Shown in pieces: positions 1 through 11,011 of a stretch of 64,000 nucleotides of DNA (within the stretch, counting starts at the first letter, position 1; the number at the start of each line of letters is the position of its first letter). The DNA is from Paramoeba atlantica (lineage: Eukaryota; Protista; Discosea), in assembly GCA_977017575.1 (NCBI GenBank), contig CDRNVI010000157.1, positions 1-64,000 of the forward strand, in the 5' to 3' direction. The notes beneath the pieces were generated by a model that made no database searches, was not told the origin of the DNA, and saw only the letters and a list, made by a program, of their open reading frames with translations. A program made the translations under genes and the position numbers.

Positions 1-573
1 CCCCATGGGACCCCCCCATTTTTTTCAATTTTTTTTTTCTGTTTTGGTCCACCGGAGCCCCCTTTTATATTTTTTTCTTCTATTATATTACTGTGTTTCT
101 CTTTATATTTTCACTGCTTTTGTTCACTTTTTTTTCAATAATCGAGTGTAGAGCAGTAGTTTTACAACCACCGCAATTTCTTTGCGGTGGTTGTAAAACC
201 ACCATGACCCCCCCCTGGACCCCCCCCCCTGGACCCCCCCCCTGGACCCCCCCCCTGGACCCCCCCCCTGGACCCCCCCCCCCCTGACCCCCCCCTGGAC
301 CCCCCCCCTGGACCCCCCCATGGACCCCCCCCCTGGACCCCCCCCCTGGACCCCCCCCTGGACCCCCCCCCCTGGACCCCCCCCCCCCTGGACCCCCCCC
401 ATGGACCCCCCATTTTTTTCAATTTTTTTTTTTCAGTTTTGGTCCACCGGAGCCCCCTTTTATATTTTTTTTCTTCTATTATATTACTGTGTTTCTCTTT
501 ATATTTTCACTGTTTTTGTTCACTTTTTTTTCAATAATCGAGTGTAGAGCAGTAGTTTTACAACCACCGCAAT
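1..573 (-). mobile_element. Two tandem terminal fragments of the hairpin-ended non-autonomous family (complete copy at 62446-63352)
   Basis: 1-178 and 400-573 are near-identical and are the reverse complement of 62446-62620 (ATTGCGGTGGTTGTAAAACTAC...). A local palindrome TTTTACAACCACCGCAA-tttct-TTGCGGTGGTTGTAAAA lies at 160-198. Confidence 0.85.
205..410. repeat. G/C-rich VNTR, about 16 units of (C)6-10TGGA, i.e. TCCA(G)n on the minus strand
   Basis: Direct reading. The same VNTR has about 3, 5 and 4 units in the copies at ~18250-18292, 40443-40507 and 62610-62665. Confidence 0.95.
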
Positions 574-959
574 TTCTTCATTATACAGGGGTGGGTAAGA
601 AAATATGGAGGGGTCATTACTGTTCATCCATTGTACAGGTTACACTACTCAAAGTCCTCTCACGCATTTGTTTGATCAACTCTAAGCCCTCTATGGGTAT
701 GTAGGATGTTAAATCGCCAGAAAAGTAAGTGCCAAGAGGTCCATGGTTCATTTAATCTACCGGATTTTTCACAAATTTTATGTTTGTCCCTACGCCACAC
801 GTCGGGCACCCGGCAGCTTTTGTGTATACCGTTACCACCCCCTTAGTTATCCAAGTACGCTACTTATCCAAAAAATCGGCTTATGCAAAAATATTTGTAC
901 AGCTGCCAAGTACAGTTGCACTGCTACTACCGCAGTGCCCGGCTGGGCTACAGGTGATG

Positions 960-1992
960 GCGCCCGCACATTGATAGTGCATATAGCACACTGATAAAGA
1001 ATATAGCACATTGATAATGCATACTAAGCGGCACATTGATGATGCGTATAGCACACTGATAATGCATATAGCACATTGATAATGCATACAATCCATTGAT
1101 AGCTCATACGAGTTTTTTATTTGACCTTCAGAATTCTTCCCGATTCAGTGAACTGTCGGTCCCGGTATGGAGACTGGGAATGCGACCTACATTTTTAAAA
1201 TTGAAGGGACGAAGCACAGTGGCTTTTTTCTCAGCATTGTAGATGGAAAAGCCGGGTGGCATCCTTCGCAAGCTGTCTTGCAAAAGGTCGAATCTCGTTG
1301 CGCAGGAAATTATCCAAGCACTGCAAGGTTATCATGTTCGTACTTTGACCTACGAAAACGGCTCCGAATTTGCGAAGCACGAAGCAGTGAATGGAGCGTT
1401 AGGCTGTTTATCTTCTTTTGCAAGCTTTAGTTTACCTTCTTTTGCAAGCCCTACGCAAGTTGGGAAAAGGGCGGGGTAGAACTTTTCAATGGTCTGGTGC
1501 GCCATTTCTATCCGAAGTGGGTTGTTTTCACTGACATTTATCAAGCCACTCTGGACTCGGTGTGTGATTCCATTAACCAACGACCCAAGGAAATTCTCCA
1601 GAACAGCAGCCCAAAGGAGCTTGACGAAAAAACTCGAGGTAACATTGCTCCAAAGGTACGTAACGGGTTATTCGTAGACACGTCGGAAGAATCAGAAAGA
1701 AAAGAGCAGAAAAGATCAGCATTCTTGATTGCTTTTTTTGGGCTATTCTTCGTTATTTCCAACAACGCGATGATCGTAATAATCGTCCAAGATATTAGAC
1801 CTCTGATCAATAACCACCTGCAAAAAACGCGTCCACAGCTCCGCTTCATTTCTTTTCTCTCCTCGTGTCTGAGATTTCTGTGGTTAGACTCAGTGGCAAA
1901 GACTTGCATTATCAATGTGCTGTATACATTATAAATGTGCTATAGGCATTATCAGTGTGCAGTAACTATGCATTGTCAATGTGTGAGTGGCG
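960..1992 (+). mobile_element. IS30-like element relic bracketed by inverted arrays of a ~21-bp repeat
   Basis: About 6 copies of GCACATTGATAATGCATATA at 966-1095 and reverse-complement copies at 1905-1983 flank an IS30-type catalytic core. Confidence 0.6.
1130..1625 (+). pseudogene. IS30-family transposase catalytic core, frameshifted
   Basis: Joining frames gives PDSVNCRSRYGDWECD..GTKHSGFFLSIVD..RTLTYENGSEFAKHE..NFNGLVRHFYPK..SINQRPKEIL. This matches the IS30 motifs GHWEGD / TxDNGSEF / ENxNGLxRxYxPK / NxRPRK. Confidence 0.8.
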
Positions 1993-2300
1993 ATTCTTTT
2001 CTGGCTTGGTTGAAAGAGAATTTGCTAGACCACAACACTTATCCACCACGGAAGACGCTGCTCGTAGTCGATCGTTTCAAAACGCAGCGCATCGTTTCGA
2101 GGAAGTTCTCTCTTTCCGTCACGGACTTGAAGTGGGCTGTCTGTTTGTTCCTTCCGGTTGCACTTCCCTTGTTCAAATTATGGATGTGTCAGTCAACTGG
2201 CAGTTCAAGCACCAGGATCGCGAGAACTTTTCAGCGTGGCGTGGACTGCATAGCGAGCTTCGCCAACCAGCAAACGGAAAAAGATTACTCGCTTCGTAGT
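1985..2300 (+). pseudogene. pogo/DDE_1 transposase fragment
   Basis: GDSFLAWLK..YPPRKTLLVVD..LFVPSGCTSLVQIMDVSVN across a frameshift. Homologous to the fragment at 40822-41370. Confidence 0.8.
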
Positions 2301-2739
2301 TCATGCACTACGTGCTGAAGACATTTACTCTGTTTCGTGCTGAAGACACTTACTCTGAAGCTTTTTTTTGGATAAGTCAGCTAAGTCAGATAAGATTTTT
2401 GGATAAGTCAGCCCTTTGTGTAGTTTTTTCGATAAGTACGCTACCCAAAAAACCCGATTCTGGATCTAAAATGTCAGATAACTAAGGGGGGGTCACGGTC
2501 TACATACAGTTGATTCAGTAAGCCTTCATCCAAAACTGCTCTTTCGCACCCTTTAAATGTGAAAAAAAATTCCACGCCCAAAAATAAACATCCTTGGAAA
2601 TTACCCTAACGGCCCTATAAATATTTTTTATGATTCAAAAACGATAGAAAACACAGGAACACAGTAATATAGTAGAAGATTATATTATTGTTGTCAGACT
2701 CACATCAGGAGCCTACTTTATAAAAACGATCGAATCACT

Positions 2740-3567
2740 TCACTCAAGAGATATTTTCGTGCCCATCCATATTTTCGCAAGATTGGCATGCACCGCTACA
2801 GGAAGTTTTTCCACTCTTACGCTTCCGCTCAATAACTTGTTTCCATGCAAATAGATAAGTTTCATCCGATGTGGGAGGCTATGCAGGTCTACGCTTCCTT
2901 CAAAGTTATTGTGATCTAAGAAAAACCACTGGAGATTCGGAGGAAGCTCAGTCAATGTCAAGGGTCCTGAAAAGTAGTTGTGTCCTAGCTTCAACTCGAT
3001 TAGGTCCGGAGGCAAATTTATAAGACTCAGGCTGCCTGATAGATAATTGTGGGAAAAATTGACTACCCCTATTCTTCGAGGGAGGGATGTCAAGTCCAAA
3101 GAGCCACTTAGAGCATTATCGTCGAGCCTTAAGCAGTGAAGGCAACTTCCTGGGGAAAAACTCTCTAAATTCACAGTTCCTGATATGCCATTACCGCTTG
3201 CGCAGAACCTCATAGCGGTTGCAGGAATATGTTTGAGGTCCACTGAGCCTTCTAGATCTTCATAGGACCAAAGTATATTTTCAACGTCTCCACTTTCATC
3301 GCAGTGAATTCCACGCCACGCACACGCGGGTGTCTCCGAGGTCCATCGTTTTGGTTTCCTCTTTAGTCCGCGTACCATTTTTTCCAAAGCATATTCTTGA
3401 GGCAATGTGGCACCGCTGACTTTACCCCTCCGCGTGGCGCTTGCCATGGGTGTTGGATGAGCGTTCGGAAGAGATGATTCCTCCCGAGATAATTCCTTCG
3501 GGCTACTTATTTTGTGGCGTTGCGACGGCCCCGTTTCCGTATCTGACAAGCGTACAGAGAGGATCAT
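2740..3567 (-). CDS. LRR protein (WxGVxC N-cap plus ~6 LRRs), no signal peptide or TM
   Basis: ORF track 2740..3699; likely ATG at 3567 (MILSVRLSD). Contains KVSGATLPQEY, CAWRGIHC and LxxLxLxxNxLSG repeats. Pyrimidine-rich sequence lies upstream. Confidence 0.9.
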   Translation of the reverse strand: MILSVRLSDTETGPSQRHKISSPKELSREESSLPNAHPTPMASATRRGKVSGATLPQEYALEKMVRGLKRKPKRWTSETPACAWRGIHCDESGDVENILWSYEDLEGSVDLKHIPATAMRFCASGNGISGTVNLESFSPGSCLHCLRLDDNALSGSLDLTSLPRRIGVVNFSHNYLSGSLSLINLPPDLIELKLGHNYFSGPLTLTELPPNLQWFFLDHNNFEGSVDLHSLPHRMKLIYLHGNKLLSGSVRVEKLPVAVHANLAKIWMGTKISLE

Positions 3568-3837
3568 TGAGAAAATACCAAAGTAGTGTCCAGTAGAAGA
3601 AAGGAGTGTAAACAACAGGGAAAAATGGAGTGTAAACAATGGGGAAACAAACATAGCTTGGGCCAAAAAAAAATTGGTATTGAAAGTGCTCTTGCACACA
3701 TGGATCCTGTCAACATCTAAAATTTACAGGTGATTTGCTTTTACTGGTTTTTTGTTAGAACCCCAGGCACGGGGTTCACTCTATTTACCTTTTCACTCAG
3801 ATCTTTATGCACCGACTTTAGTACGCAAATTGTTTTC

Positions 3838-4740
3838 TCAAGGAAAAGGATCCAAACTCACACCTGGGGGCGTGGCTCCGTCATATTCATCTTTGGGACC
3901 CCAATCACTGAAGCTGTTGCCGGTGAGGTACAAGTTACAACGAAAATCCGACACGAAACGTCGTTTCACAAGTTGATGCTGGCGCAAGGGGCTAAGATCA
4001 AGGTACCCAGAAAAACGATTGTGTGACAAGTTCATGAAGAAAATAGATGAAGGAATATCCGCTGGGAACACCAAAGTTCCACTCAGTTTATTCCGCGCGA
4101 GGTTAAATACCCCCATGTTCCGCGGCAGTGCTCGGAGATCGATAGGACCTGTAAAGTCATTCGATGATAGATCAAGGGTTCGGAGCCCTCGCGGGAGTGC
4201 CGAAAGTATTATACTGCCCGTAAGTTTATTTTCACGCAATCCTAACACTTTCAAGCACTCTGCCGACATAGTCGATAGATCAAGATTTCCAGAGAAGCGA
4301 TTTCTTTCGAGTTTCAACGTCTCCAACTTTGGCGGAAGATTCTGAAGTGATAAAGTACCCGACATTGAGGTGCCGGACAGGCAAAAATGTTGTATACGCG
4401 CCGGCAAGTAGTCAAGATTTATTTCACCCCACAGATTGGGATAACTCCTCAGCCCCACGCTGGTAAGTGTTGAAGGTAGAGCACCCCAACTAAGATTTCC
4501 TTCCAGTTGAGGAATTCCTTTGCTACTGGTGATGCTTACTATATTCTGATCTGCATTGCAGGAAACGCCTTTCCATGTGCATGGAGAAACTTTCTTCATA
4601 CCCCCGAACAATCTTCTTTTTTCTGTAATCCATGTACGATCTCGCACTGTTGCTCCCCTTAGAAATTCTTCGAGCACACGTTCCTGTGGTAATAACTCCC
4701 GACGTACTCTTCCACAGCGAAGGTCCGATCCGTCGTCCAT
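3838..4740 (-). CDS. LRR protein (300 aa)
   Basis: GRVRRELLPQE, CTWKGVSC cap, then ~7 repeats such as LPPKLETLKLERNRFSG. Confidence 0.9.
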   Translation of the reverse strand: MDDGSDLRCGRVRRELLPQERVLEEFLRGATVRDRTWITEKRRLFGGMKKVSPCTWKGVSCNADQNIVSITSSKGIPQLEGNLSWGALPSTLTSVGLRSYPNLWGEINLDYLPARIQHFCLSGTSMSGTLSLQNLPPKLETLKLERNRFSGNLDLSTMSAECLKVLGLRENKLTGSIILSALPRGLRTLDLSSNDFTGPIDLRALPRNMGVFNLARNKLSGTLVFPADIPSSIFFMNLSHNRFSGYLDLSPLRQHQLVKRRFVSDFRCNLYLTGNSFSDWGPKDEYDGATPPGVSLDPFP

Positions 4741-5072
4741 AACTCACTAATTCAAAACAGAACAAAGTATTGAATTCCTACTTTGATCTTTTCTAGTTAG
4801 AACAAAAACGAATACAAAGACAAGCGCAGAGGACTCTACAACGAATAGACTCTAAAGAAAGTTCAACTGTACTGCGAAGAAATACTCTTGTGCTAGTGAT
4901 AACATGCATGGGATGATGCTGAAAGCACTAGTGATATACCGTGACCCCCACTTTAATGTAGATACAATTTCGTGTTTTGCCTCTATTAAAGGGGGCGATG
5001 AAATGAGAATCCGAATCACGAAAAAAAATCTGCGCCGCTTCGCGGGGCCTCTTTTTCTAATTCAATAAAATA

Positions 5073-5948
5073 CTGTACCCCCCCTAGTTATCTGTCTTTT
5101 CGGCCCTTCGAATATTATTTTACGTCGACTACCGCCCCTAGTTATCTGTCGCCTTTCTAAACAAAATGAAAAACGTATAAAATGAGAAGCAAAAATTCAC
5201 TTTTTTTCTGTTCTGCTTTTAGGGTAATGGTTTTGCGTGGCGTTCTACGGTAAAAATTAGAAAACAGGAGTCGGAGCTCGTTATCCCCTCCATCATCTAA
5301 GATTAGATATTTATGAGTTTCAATGGGTACGCGTCTCAAATTTTCAATGATAATATAAAGAAATTTAAAGATCGTCTATGTGAACATTTGAAAACGGACT
5401 AGTGCCAATGGACTAGTCATTGGACCAATACCAATGTGTTGTCCGCAGCAAGGTCCTGGTGTAAACAGTTGTGCAATTCACATGGTAAATAATATGTATT
5501 ATGTATGTAAATAATATGTATGTATAATATGTATATCCGTGATATAGACATTATTTCCTGTCGTGACCTTTGTGAAAATTGGAGTCCGATAGCTCACGAT
5601 GTTTTACTTTAACCCATGGATGTAACATAATTAATGTTTTAACTCTATAAAATGTGCGTGAATTATTCTCTGGGCTTCTTTTAACCTGTAGACGCATATC
5701 TTCAGCTTGTAGTACCCCATTGGGGTAGAAAGGAATCTTCCTAGGCAATAAAGATACCGTTTCTGTAACATTTCATTCCTTCGCTTTTTTTGGCGACGGA
5801 CCCCCCTAGTTATGTGTCGCACTTTGACCCCCCTAGTTATCTGTCGCACCCTTACCACCCCCCTAGTTATCTGTCGCACCCTTACCACCCCCCTAGTTAT
5901 CTGTCACCTTTTCCCGAAAAGTAGCGACAGATAACTAGGGGGGTACAG
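5073..5948. mobile_element. MITE (876 bp), pogo-type TIR, TA TSD
   Basis: TA|CTGTACCCCCCCTAGTTATCTGTC ... GACAGATAACTAGGGGGGTACAG|TA. Internal direct copies of CCCCCTAGTTATCTGTC occur at 5135 and 5800-5905. Confidence 0.9.
5750..5768 (+). other. Spliced-leader-like motif AAAGATACCGTTTCTGTAA
   Basis: Identical 19-mer at 16818-16836 and (reverse complement) 52180-52198. Resembles the kinetoplastid SL core GATACAGTTTCTGTAC. Confidence 0.5.
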
Positions 5949-6025
5949 TACATCCCACCTATATGAAGTAGAGAGGGAAAAAGATCGCTCGCACGCGCGA
6001 TGTACGCGTTCCAGAGCTGCTGCTT

Positions 6026-6049
6026 TAACGATAAAGACACAGTTTCTGT
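6026..6049 (+). other. Spliced-leader-like motif TAACGATAAAGACACAGTTTCTGT
   Basis: Contains both the TAACG and ACAGTTTCTGT parts of the kinetoplastid SL. Followed by degenerate TTGTTGGATACTTTTGT repeats resembling the sequence after the 23579 copy. Confidence 0.5.
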
Positions 6050-8162
6050 CGGATACTTTTGTAACTATTGTTGGATACTTTTGTACTACTTTTGTTGGAT
6101 ACTTTTGTATACTCTTCTTGGCGAGTTTGAATGCCTCCGACGACTCGACCGATGACACGTAACACTCAGAACAATTCAACTAAGAATTTTTCCGATCAAG
6201 ACTCATTTCAAAGAACTCTCGATGACAACCAATTGGAGGCGACGTGTACTCAAATTACTGAGAAGATAGGTGATCAAGATCGACGAGTCGTAATACGAGC
6301 AAAATGGATTCGTCCGCAAAACCCTGCCGATCGCATTATTTCCTGCGCCACTAAACCAACTGTACGGATATTATTCGCAGTTTTTTATTATTCGCAATAC
6401 ACTTATTATTCGCAAATACACTTATTATTCGCATAATTTTTGGTTTTTGGATTTTTTGTCTTTTTTATATCCGATTGAAGTGTCACAAGCTCACGATATG
6501 CGTTGGCTTAATGCAGGAGGAACCGTCAATTATATGCAAAAAAATGAGTCTTGTACGAGTAAGGTGAAGAGAGGGATGAAATTCTTCACGGAGTGCGTGA
6601 ACGGAAAGTTGAAAGTAAACGGCGGGTCTAGATTTCGACTTATTTTGGCAGACATCCGACTCTTTTGTGAATCTGTGGTGATGCAATAAGCAAAGGTGGT
6701 GCAATAAGCAAATGTGGAGGAAGTTATTAAAAGAGAGATGTAGTCATATAACGAGAAGCACGATGAATTCGAGAATAATTTTAGGAAAAAAAAAATTTTT
6801 TGCGCAATTTAGATACTAATTGTCCCATTCTTTTGACTGGAAGTGTGTGACCAAGCGCCGTAGAAAAGGGAGGAGGCGCAAGGCCAAAAGCAGAAGGCGG
6901 AGCGTTCTGACTTTTTGCCGCAGCAATGACGACTTCCTCTCGTGGGAAGCTGTAAGCATACCTAGGGAACGCTTTTCCTTACATTTCTTTCGCATGAATG
7001 CACCGAATGCGAATAATAAGGCAGTATGGAGCGTTTACCCGTCAAAAGTATACTTTCCCACATCCTATGTTAAAGTACATTGAAGTCGAAGTTTTAGAAG
7101 TCATTCAACCTCGGAAAGATCCACAAAATTCGGCATCTGAGTCTTGCCCGTTTCCAGAACTTCAAGAAGGCCGAGATTTGGAGAGCGATGTAAACCTTCC
7201 CACTCCACAAGTCGAATGTGCCCCTTTGACCCCCCTTCCGAATGCGCCCCTTCCGTCCCCCTTGCGCCCTCCTTTCCCCCCTTCCCTTGCCGCCTTTCTT
7301 GCCGCCCTCCTCGCCCGACCTCCTCGTCTGCGCTCCTCGCCTCGTAGTCAGGGCGTCCGATTCACGTCGGATGATGGGACTTCGCGATCCCAGTCTCCCG
7401 AGCTAAGGCCGGCGCTCGCAAAACAAAGCGCTAAATAACGAGGCCCGTTTAGGGCACTGGTCGTCCCTTTGGGATCGCTGGTGAATGAGTGCGTCCTCAC
7501 TCTACTTGTGATGGTACATACCCCTACATAACCCCGATATACTATGATAACTCTTCGTCTTTCACTTCAAAGATAGACACTCAACAGAAGATTTTTGCAT
7601 AACATGGAGACATTGAGGAACATTGAGGTGTTCCGCGTTCCATGGAACCACAACGTATGTATTTTGGCATGAACCTGACCAAAAAAAATGAATGACAAAA
7701 ATATGCCGCTTCGCTACAGGATGGGCTGTTCAAAAGCAACGCTAATATTATTAGCGTTTGATTCATCACTCTTCCGTGATTAAGCACTTTCCGATATGTT
7801 GTCCAGCCACGTTCGCGATTTCGAGCGCAGAGATGAAAATAGAGTTTTGCCTTGCTGTGCCCCGGGTGCGAGAGGGTGCGAGACAGACATGCTTGAACAC
7901 TGTATTCGAATCGATTGAGAGCTTCCAGCAATAATGACAGAAGAGGTCGCTTTCCTGTGGAGCCTTTTTAAGGAGTGGATGCATGATGCGGCTCGTCGAG
8001 GAGGAATTGAAGCGGAAGACCCACACCAAATAAGTATAGGGCAGCAACTGTTAGATAAATTGCGAATAAGACAAGGCGTTTATCGTGGAGCGGATTTTAC
8101 GTACGTTCGAACGCGATATGAAAATCAGCGTAGTGATGATGCTCTCGGGAACACCTTACTTA

Positions 8163-9701
8163 CAGGGGTGCGGGTCTAAGGGTGGGAGGCGTCTAAAATG
8201 CGTAGAAGTTGTCCAATTTTGGAAAATAATAGCGCATTGGATAGCTCTCACAGAGTTGTATGTTTTAGGCGCATTAAAATCCTGTGATTTTAACGTACAT
8301 ATTTTTTGATACCACATTTCGCTTTTTTCCCTCGCAGGAAATACACTTTTTACTAGAAAATGCCCCAAAAGAGCGCTCGCTCGAGGACTTCCCGTGGAGT
8401 ACTGAGCGATAGATCGTATTCTTCCCCCGCCCCCGTCAAAGAGAGTCACCGCATGCTTTTGGTGGCGGAATACGAGCGCACAGGATCGTACTCCGCTACG
8501 GCGCAGCACTTTGGTGTTCATGAGAACACTGTAAAACGTTGGGTTGAACGTTTTACCCTTACAGGTGACGTGTTAACGGCATCCCGAGAGCGTGTCTCGA
8601 CGGTGGTTACCCCTGCGTTCCTGGATGTGGCTCTCAAGCTTGTCGACGAGGGGTATCGCGACCTTGTTTACGGCGTAGAGAGCTGGAGCGATCTTCTGCG
8701 AGAGATCCGTAGCCAAGGATTCACCTGCAGTCGACGGACCCTAGTCGACACATTGAAGAAGCAAGGCGTTGTGCTCCGCACTCTTCGGCGACGACCATCA
8801 CTCACACTCGAACACAAGGAGAAACGGTTGCAATTTTGTAAGGCGATGCTCGAGAAGAGCGACGCTCAACTCCTTCATTTTGTTTATTGTGACGAAAAGA
8901 AGTTTACTTACGGTCGTGGGCGTTCCGGGCGAACTTACCTTTGTCGGAGGACGGACCCCCATAAGGAACAACGAGGCGAGCTAGAATCATGGTACGGCGG
9001 AAATGGGATTATGGTTTGGATGGGTGTGAGCCTCAAACACGGCTTCCATCTCCACATTTTCCCTCCTCGAAATTCAGAAGGCCAGAAACTCACCGTTACG
9101 GGTGAAATTTTTGATCAGGCTATGAAAAAGCCACGGGGCTTTCTTCAATATTTAAAGCGACATCCAGCGGCCACGATTGCCATGGACAACTGCCCGGCCC
9201 ACAACAAGGCGCGTGCCATGTTCCGTGATACAGGAATTTCCGTTCTTCCCTGGCCTGCAAAATCTTCAGACCTGAATCCGATCGAAAATTTGTGGTCTGT
9301 GATGGACACAGACAAAAATCTTCTTCGACCCCGAAATCGACAGCAACTGGAAGCCGCCACTGAGGGGTCTTTCCTTAAATTGAAACAGACCCACTCTGCA
9401 ACGGTTCAGAAAACGTTGAAGAGTTTCAGGAAGCGTTGTGAAATTGTTATTAGTCGGAACGGGGGGCACTGTGGTTACTAATTGTCTTTTGCAATCCAAA
9501 TTACAGAAATTATTGACATCACTAAAGTATTGCAATATGTGTTTTTGACCCTTACATGAAAGGGGGGTACCCCCCAAACCCCGGATGCTACCTATCCTAA
9601 AACATACAACTCTGTGAGAGCTATCCAATGCGCTATTATTTTCCAAAATTGGACAACTTTTACGAATTTTAGACCCCCCCACCTTTAGATTCGCACCCCT
9701 G
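8163..9701 (+). mobile_element. Intact Tc1/IS630-like transposon (1539 bp)
   Basis: ~105-bp TIRs starting CAGGGGTGCG, TA on both sides, and a single intact transposase ORF. Confidence 0.95.
8360..9481 (+). CDS. Tc1-like transposase, DD32E
   Basis: HTH (YSATAQHFGVHENTVKRWV) and catalytic motifs YCDEKKF, AMDNCPAH and SDLNPIENLW. 32 residues between the second D and the E by my count. Confidence 0.95.
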   Translation: MPQKSARSRTSRGVLSDRSYSSPAPVKESHRMLLVAEYERTGSYSATAQHFGVHENTVKRWVERFTLTGDVLTASRERVSTVVTPAFLDVALKLVDEGYRDLVYGVESWSDLLREIRSQGFTCSRRTLVDTLKKQGVVLRTLRRRPSLTLEHKEKRLQFCKAMLEKSDAQLLHFVYCDEKKFTYGRGRSGRTYLCRRTDPHKEQRGELESWYGGNGIMVWMGVSLKHGFHLHIFPPRNSEGQKLTVTGEIFDQAMKKPRGFLQYLKRHPAATIAMDNCPAHNKARAMFRDTGISVLPWPAKSSDLNPIENLWSVMDTDKNLLRPRNRQQLEAATEGSFLKLKQTHSATVQKTLKSFRKRCEIVISRNGGHCGY

Positions 9702-10573
9702 TATAGTTTACGGTGAGAATTGGTCAAATAAATTACTTATTTTTGTTATACCCTTTTGTAGTTGGTGATGGCCGAGGGGCATTGTACCTATTGTTAATAA
9801 TTCAACTGAATTGATATACACTCCCCAGATGTAACCCCGTGTGTATATACGATTATAACGGATTTTCGTATGGCTGGTTATTAATTCAAGACTTTGTTTC
9901 ATTTGTGATTCGCAACAGCTAAAGTTTTCATGCCAGTAATCGACGGACCATCGACCCGCACGTTACGTTCGTCGCGTAGTTCTTCACCGGTGCAACCGCT
10001 CGCGGCTACCGAGCCGTTAATACAGGAGGACAAACATTATGGGCTCTGTGATTGGAGAAAAGCTACTAACCAAAGATGGGGATAACCCGTCGATTGACGT
10101 CCAGGCGAAATTACGGCGTAAAGACCAAGGAAATTTGGAAAAACAAACGCTGTATGGTAAAATATGGAAGCAAGGGTTCGATTTGTGGGGCATATGGGAG
10201 GACAAGCCGTCGAAAGAATATCCTTTCCCCCATCCCGAGTTAGACTATTTCGAGGTCAACGTTATGGAGCAGAAGAGAGTACCCCGTTTGTTGCCTTCAG
10301 AAGAAGGCCGGTCAGACGCCATGACTATACAAGGTCCGCCGGAGCAAGGCGGGGGAGGCATGCCAGATCTCATGGGAGGGAGGTCTATACCATCTGGGGC
10401 ACTGACATTCGTCTCTAACAATCCAGATGGCACCGGTAGCGCACTACTAGATCTAAATGCTCTGGGTCCGTAATAGCCTATTACGTTTGGACCATGGATC
10501 AACGCAGTTGATGACGGCGGTTTCCGCATTTGTGATCTCATCCGTGAACTTCGTGATGCCCCAGAGTATGGCC

Positions 10574-11011
10574 TTAGGATGCGCGTTTGCAGCATGGGTG
10601 TCCCCAGGTCACTTTGCTTTTGCAGTTATGTTTACAAGGTGTGCTACGTTGTGACGGCCTCATAGTTCCCGCCGTCGACTTTTTCATATCTTGATTTACA
10701 CTTTCTGGTGGGTTACTTCGCATAGAGGTTTGCGGATCTAACGTTTCTTGGAATATGAGGTGGCGTTTACAACAAGGGTGTTCACATTGCGCTTTGTCTA
10801 TGTACCGATGTTTACATTCCGGGGCGGTTTGTTGTGCATCAGGGGGTGTAGGCGCGGCATGGGGTACAGTTGTGGGTGGAAGCGGTGGCTCGAAAAGTCC
10901 TTTCTTGCAACAGGGATGCCAGCAGATATATCTGTCCTTACACTTATGTTTGCACGGAGCTAGCGGTGGTGTTGTTGTGTTGCTGGTAGGAGGATCGCTA
11001 CTTTTTGTCAC
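10574..11011 (-). CDS. Small ORF (or gene remnant) with three Cys/His clusters CxHxCx5CxHPCC
   Basis: CKHKCKDRYICWHPCC, CKHRYIDKAQCEHPCC and CKHNCKSKVTWGHPCC separated by Pro/Thr-rich linkers. No ATG start (GTG in the track). Confidence 0.5.
   Translation of the reverse strand: MTKSSDPPTSNTTTPPLAPCKHKCKDRYICWHPCCKKGLFEPPLPPTTVPHAAPTPPDAQQTAPECKHRYIDKAQCEHPCCKRHLIFQETLDPQTSMRSNPPESVNQDMKKSTAGTMRPSQRSTPCKHNCKSKVTWGHPCCKRAS

Larger units (their letters stand above)
829..2498 (+). mobile_element. Decayed pogo/DDE_1-like TIR element, interrupted by an IS30-like element
   Basis: Left end TA|CCGTTACCACCCCCTTAGTTATC; right end GATAACTAAGGGGGGGTCACGG. An internal DDE_1 fragment lies at ~1985-2300. 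Confidence 0.7.

Noticed and set aside
205-410. Telomeric repeat
   Set aside because: The unit is TCCA(G)n, not TTAGGG-like, and it is an internal part of a dispersed element.
93-704. GGSRGG / WTPP repeat ORFs (also at 40281-40685 and 62387-62844)
   Set aside because: They are translations of the G/C VNTR and the conserved end of a non-coding repeat, open in several frames on both strands.
966-1095. CRISPR array (also considered for 46376-46680 and 5800-5905)
   Set aside because: Units are directly adjacent or diverged along their whole length, with no unique constant-length spacers and no cas genes.
10039-10473. 144-aa plus-strand ORF as a gene
   Set aside because: No recognisable motif and opposite to the strand of all supported host genes. 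It cannot be excluded, but is unsupported.
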